A stretch of 64,000 nt of DNA from Nitrospirota bacterium (GTDB lineage: Bacteria; Nitrospirota; Nitrospiria; Nitrospirales; Nitrospiraceae): the NCBI GenBank assembly GCA_963703955.1, contig CAVPGK010000015.1, forward strand, positions 96,001 to 160,000. Direction: 5' to 3'. The notes beneath the pieces are model-generated. The model saw only the letters and a list, made by a program, of their open reading frames with translations, had not been told where the DNA came from and did not search any database. Position 1 is the first letter of the stretch; every line of letters starts with the position of its first letter. Below, piece by piece: positions 60,428 through 64,000 of the stretch. The position numbers and the translations under genes were made by a program.

Positions 60428-61836
60428 TCAAAAGTTGGGCTGTGAGTCCCCTAACGGCTTGTCATCGGGCCCTGTCTCTCTTTCTTGCGCGACGGCAGAC
60501 GATTTCACGGAGACCAGCGGGTCCGACGCATTGATCTCTTCTCCCTCGATCCCGGAGAGAGAGGCGGCAAGATCGTCCAGACTAAAAAATCTTCGCGCCG
60601 CCTCGACGAACATGGATCCGCTCGCCGAATGGGCTTCCGCTTTCAACGTCATCAACGGACCATGAAGAAGCTTGTTCACGATGCCTGCCGCCAGGCTCTC
60701 GACAACCGTGCGGTCTTGGGGGGAAGGTTCTTCAGACGGCTGAGGGTTTTTTCGAGTTCGGCTTGCCTGATTCCTTCGGCTCGCTTTCTCAACGCCACGA
60801 TCGTCGGCGTGACTTCAAGGGCTTTCAACCATTGCACGATGACCCCGACCTCTTCCTCTACCAAACCCTCCGCTTTCGCGGCCTCGCGCCGTCGTTCCTC
60901 CCGATTATGCTCGACGCGCATCTCAAGATCATCGACGTCGAAGAGGAACGCATTATCGATCTCCTTCACCGCCGGCTCAATGTTTCTCGGAACGGAGATA
61001 TCGATCAGAAAAATAGGACGATTCATTCGCTGGCGGATGGCCCTCTGCACATCCTCCATTCGAATCAGATAATGCGATGCCCCCGTCGAGCACAGGACGA
61101 TATCCGCCTCGGCCATTTCATGCCGAAAATTCTCGTGGGGGATCGGAACGCCATTGAAGCGCTTCGCGAGATCAATCGCGCTGTGCATGTCACGCGTGGT
61201 GATCATGACCCGCCTGACACCGTTATTGACGAGATGCCGGGCCGCCAACTTGGCCATCTCCCCCGCGCCGACCAACAGGACGGTTTTCTCACTAAGATTG
61301 GAAAAAATCTTCTTGGCCAGCTCGACTGCGGCATAACTGACGGAGACCGCAGCCTCGGCAATCTTTGTCTCCGTCCTTACCCGTTTCGCGACTGAAATCG
61401 CCTTCTTCACCAGCTTATTAAGAATCACGCCGCTCGCCTTGTGCGTCAACGCGACTTCAAACGCCTCTTTGAGTTGACCCAGGATTTGGGGCTCTCCAAT
61501 CACCATCGAGTCCAGGCTAGCGGCGACGCGAAACAAGTGGCTGATCGCTCGATCGCCGGTGTTCCAGTACAGGTGCGGAGTCAGTTCCTCGGAGGAAAGC
61601 GCGAGATGGGTGTCGGCGAGGAACTCCTGGACACGGCTGTACCCGGCTTCGACCTCATCGACCACCGCATAGACCTCAACCCGATTGCAGGTGGAGAGCA
61701 GAACGCCTTCCCTGATGCCGGGGTACGCGCACAGGCGGTGAAGCGCCTCGCCCAACCGACTTTCAGGAACCGCCAGTTTCTCCCGCACCTCGATCGGCGC
61801 AGTCTTGTGGCTGAGTCCAACGACTATGATGTGCAT
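60428..61836 (-). CDS. hemA: Glutamyl-tRNA reductase (1-bp deletion in the G6 run at 60718-60723)
   Basis: GLSHKTAP, LSTCNRVE, LDS.V.GE.QI.GQ, GAGEM, DISVPRN; VNKLLHGP in the shifted frame. Confidence 0.96.
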
Positions 61837-61839
61837 AGA

Positions 61840-62643
61840 TCAAGCTACCGGACCGTGACCCTTGACCACTATCCCGATGAATGTCAGCACAACCCCGGCA
61901 AACCCGATGATCGTGAGATATGCCGCTCGCTTGGCTCGCCATCCTACGGTCAGTCGACCGACAAGCACGACAAAATAAAACACCCAGGTCACCAAGGCCC
62001 ACGTCTGTTCGGGGTTCCAGTTCAGATACGACCCTCTCGCGAATTCCGCGGAGATCGCCCCCACGATGATGCCCAACGTCAATAATGGAAACCCGAAGAC
62101 GATGGACCACTGGTTCAGTTGATCAAGAAAATCGAGGGGGGGCAATTTGGAATAGAGCACGTTGAACCGCTTCGATTTCAGCAAGCGTTCTTGAATGAGG
62201 TACATCAGGCCGGCCACGAACGCCACGGCGAACCCTACTGTCCCGAGGATACTCAACGTCACATGCAACCATACGGTGCTAAGGACTGGTTCCAGGGTCG
62301 GAACTTCTTTCGGTAAAGCAGCCGCCGAGAGGAGAGAAATGAAAGCGAGAGGGAGAATGAACAGGCCCAGAATGTGGATGCGATGTCGGGCTTCAACCCA
62401 CAGGAAGACCAAGACCAGGGCCCAGGAAAAGAACGAGATCGCTTCGTGGGAACTCGTTAAGGGGACATGGCCCGCCGCCATCATTCGAGTGATGAGCGCC
62501 ACCGTGTGTGAAAGAAACCCGAGGCCCGTAATGACGAGAGACACTTTGGAGAGAGTTTCGGACCGACGGACGAGGTAAGCCGAATAGCATGCGGTGCCTC
62601 CAAGATACAACACCATAGTGGTCATAATAAATATGACCGACAT
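61840..62643 (-). CDS. ccsA: Cytochrome c biogenesis CcsA-like membrane protein
   Basis: About 8 TM; WLHV, YLIQER.LK, WNP..TW motif. Confidence 0.88.
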   Translation of the reverse strand: MSVIFIMTTMVLYLGGTACYSAYLVRRSETLSKVSLVITGLGFLSHTVALITRMMAAGHVPLTSSHEAISFFSWALVLVFLWVEARHRIHILGLFILPLAFISLLSAAALPKEVPTLEPVLSTVWLHVTLSILGTVGFAVAFVAGLMYLIQERLLKSKRFNVLYSKLPPLDFLDQLNQWSIVFGFPLLTLGIIVGAISAEFARGSYLNWNPEQTWALVTWVFYFVVLVGRLTVGWRAKRAAYLTIIGFAGVVLTFIGIVVKGHGPVA

Positions 62644-62992
62644 GTGAATCTATCCTCGCAAAATTTCAGAACAAATCACCAGGAGGCTCGTCGATTATAG
62701 CTGCTGAAATTTGGATGAGTCAAGGAAAGTTGCGGGCTCGGACTCGCCTCGCTGGACGAGACCATCCGATCGGATCAGGACCCGGCTAAGTAATCTCGCT
62801 GGACTGGGGCGGTAGTCGGAAAGGCGAGCTCATCCCAAGGAATTTCTTCATGAGCAAAGGTTTGCGCGTCCAGGGTTCGGTCACCGGCGCGCGGTTCCAC
62901 GCCCATCAGCTCACCGACAATGATGAAGAACACGCCATTGGACTTCCCGCCATCCGATGGTAGGATGCTCCAATCTTACTGTATGGTGATCG

Positions 62993-63688
62993 ATGGCGGG
63001 CATTCTCTACGTGGTCAGTACTCCGATCGGGAATCCAGAGGATCTCACCTTTCGCGCCCTTCGCGTCTTGCGCGAGGTACAGTGGATAGCGTCTGAAAAT
63101 CCTCAGCAGACCCAACAGCTCCTGGACCATTATGCCGTGGGCACGCCGCTGACAACCTATCACAATCTCAATAAGGAAGAAAAAACTTCTCTCCTCACGA
63201 CCAGGCTTTTGGAAGGAGAAAGTGTGGCCCTCGTGTCGGATGGCGGAACACCTGCGATTTTCGATCCCGGTTATTTTCTTATCTCGCAAGCCATTGCGTC
63301 TGACATCCAAGTCGTGCCGATCCCCGGCGCCTCCGCCGTGATCTCGGCCGCCGCAGCCTCCGGCATACAGACAGAAGCGTTCATCGTTCACGGTTGGTTT
63401 CCGGAGCGGCCGGAGCCGAAACGACGGTTCCTGGAAACCTTGCGAGGAGAGCGCCGGACCCTCATTCTCTTGGTTCAGCCGGGGTGCCTTCGGCGCACCC
63501 TTGAGTCGCTGAGCCCCGTGCTTGGCGCTCGCCGTGTGGCCGTGGCAAGGAACCTGACGCTGCCGGACGAACAGTTTCTCCGTGGAACTGCGGCCGAACT
63601 CCTTCAGCACGCTCGCCGACGACCCATTCAAGGCGAGGTGACGTTGGTCATCCAAGGGGCAGGACGAAAGACATCGAGGCGAGGATAA
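62993..63688 (+). CDS. rsmI: 16S rRNA C1402 2'-O-methyltransferase
   Basis: LYVVSTPIGN.EDLT.RA, ALVSDGGTP.I.DPG, PIPGASA. Confidence 0.93.
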   Translation: MAGILYVVSTPIGNPEDLTFRALRVLREVQWIASENPQQTQQLLDHYAVGTPLTTYHNLNKEEKTSLLTTRLLEGESVALVSDGGTPAIFDPGYFLISQAIASDIQVVPIPGASAVISAAAASGIQTEAFIVHGWFPERPEPKRRFLETLRGERRTLILLVQPGCLRRTLESLSPVLGARRVAVARNLTLPDEQFLRGTAAELLQHARRRPIQGEVTLVIQGAGRKTSRRG

Positions 63689-63696
63689 TGGGCAGA

Positions 63697-63975
63697 TCAG
63701 CCGGGACGCTTGCGAATCACGACTCGATAAGACCGGATGAGCGGTTCTTGCCGAAGCACTTCATGACCATCATCACTCACACTGCGCGGGACGTTTCGGA
63801 TTGGCTCACCGTCGTCAAGAATCACGGCGAGCACTTGGCCGGGTTCCATGGTTTCCAGCCTAAGCTTGGTCTTGACGAAATTGTAGGGACAGATCACGCC
63901 GCGTAGATCCAATTCTGCATCAACCTTCAACTCTGCGTTTCCTCCTCTTGATTCCATGCTGGTATTGAACCTCAA
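63697..63975 (-). CDS. TusA/SirA-family sulfur carrier
   Basis: LDLRGVICPYNFVKTKL, DDGEPIRNVPRS. Confidence 0.9.
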   Translation of the reverse strand: MRFNTSMESRGGNAELKVDAELDLRGVICPYNFVKTKLRLETMEPGQVLAVILDDGEPIRNVPRSVSDDGHEVLRQEPLIRSYRVVIRKRPG

Positions 63976-64000
63976 CTCATCGCCATGTCTCGTAGGCAGA

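Noticed and set aside
1..64000. CRISPR array, rRNA or intact prophage
   Set aside because: No regularly spaced direct repeats, rRNA sequence or phage structural genes seen

Overview
The window looks like a chromosomal segment of a Nitrospira-like bacterium (inferred from gene content and repeat style, not verified by search). Most of it is housekeeping: the dnaE 3' end and accA, scpAB, ppx, recG, rpmB, tRNA-Gly(CCC), tyrS, comEA, lpdA-gcvH, ndk, mtnA, comEC, glmM-folP-ftsH-hpt-tilS-ribF, a ccsA-hemA-hemC-cobA/hemD-hemB heme operon, rsmI and a tusA-like gene. Two accessory regions interrupt it. (i) An IS hotspot at about 5.7-9.4 kb holds a decayed IS3-like remnant, an IS3 copy with terminal inverted repeats and a CGG target duplication, and a decayed IS630. 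(ii) A roughly 10 kb island between tRNA-Gly and tyrS starts with a decayed TIR-domain/tyrosine-integrase chimera and carries the most interesting system here. That system is an apparent operon: a receiver protein, an FAD/NAD(P)H oxidoreductase fused to two cNMP-binding domains and a 4x[4Fe-4S] domain, a membrane protein with two His-X13-His helices (diheme-b-like), and an FHA-TM-decaheme cytochrome c. A monoheme, a pentaheme and an atypical cupredoxin flank it. Together these suggest a cyclic-nucleotide-gated transmembrane electron conduit. Several conserved genes (ndk, mtnA, hemA and others) carry single-base indels that are probably sequencing errors.
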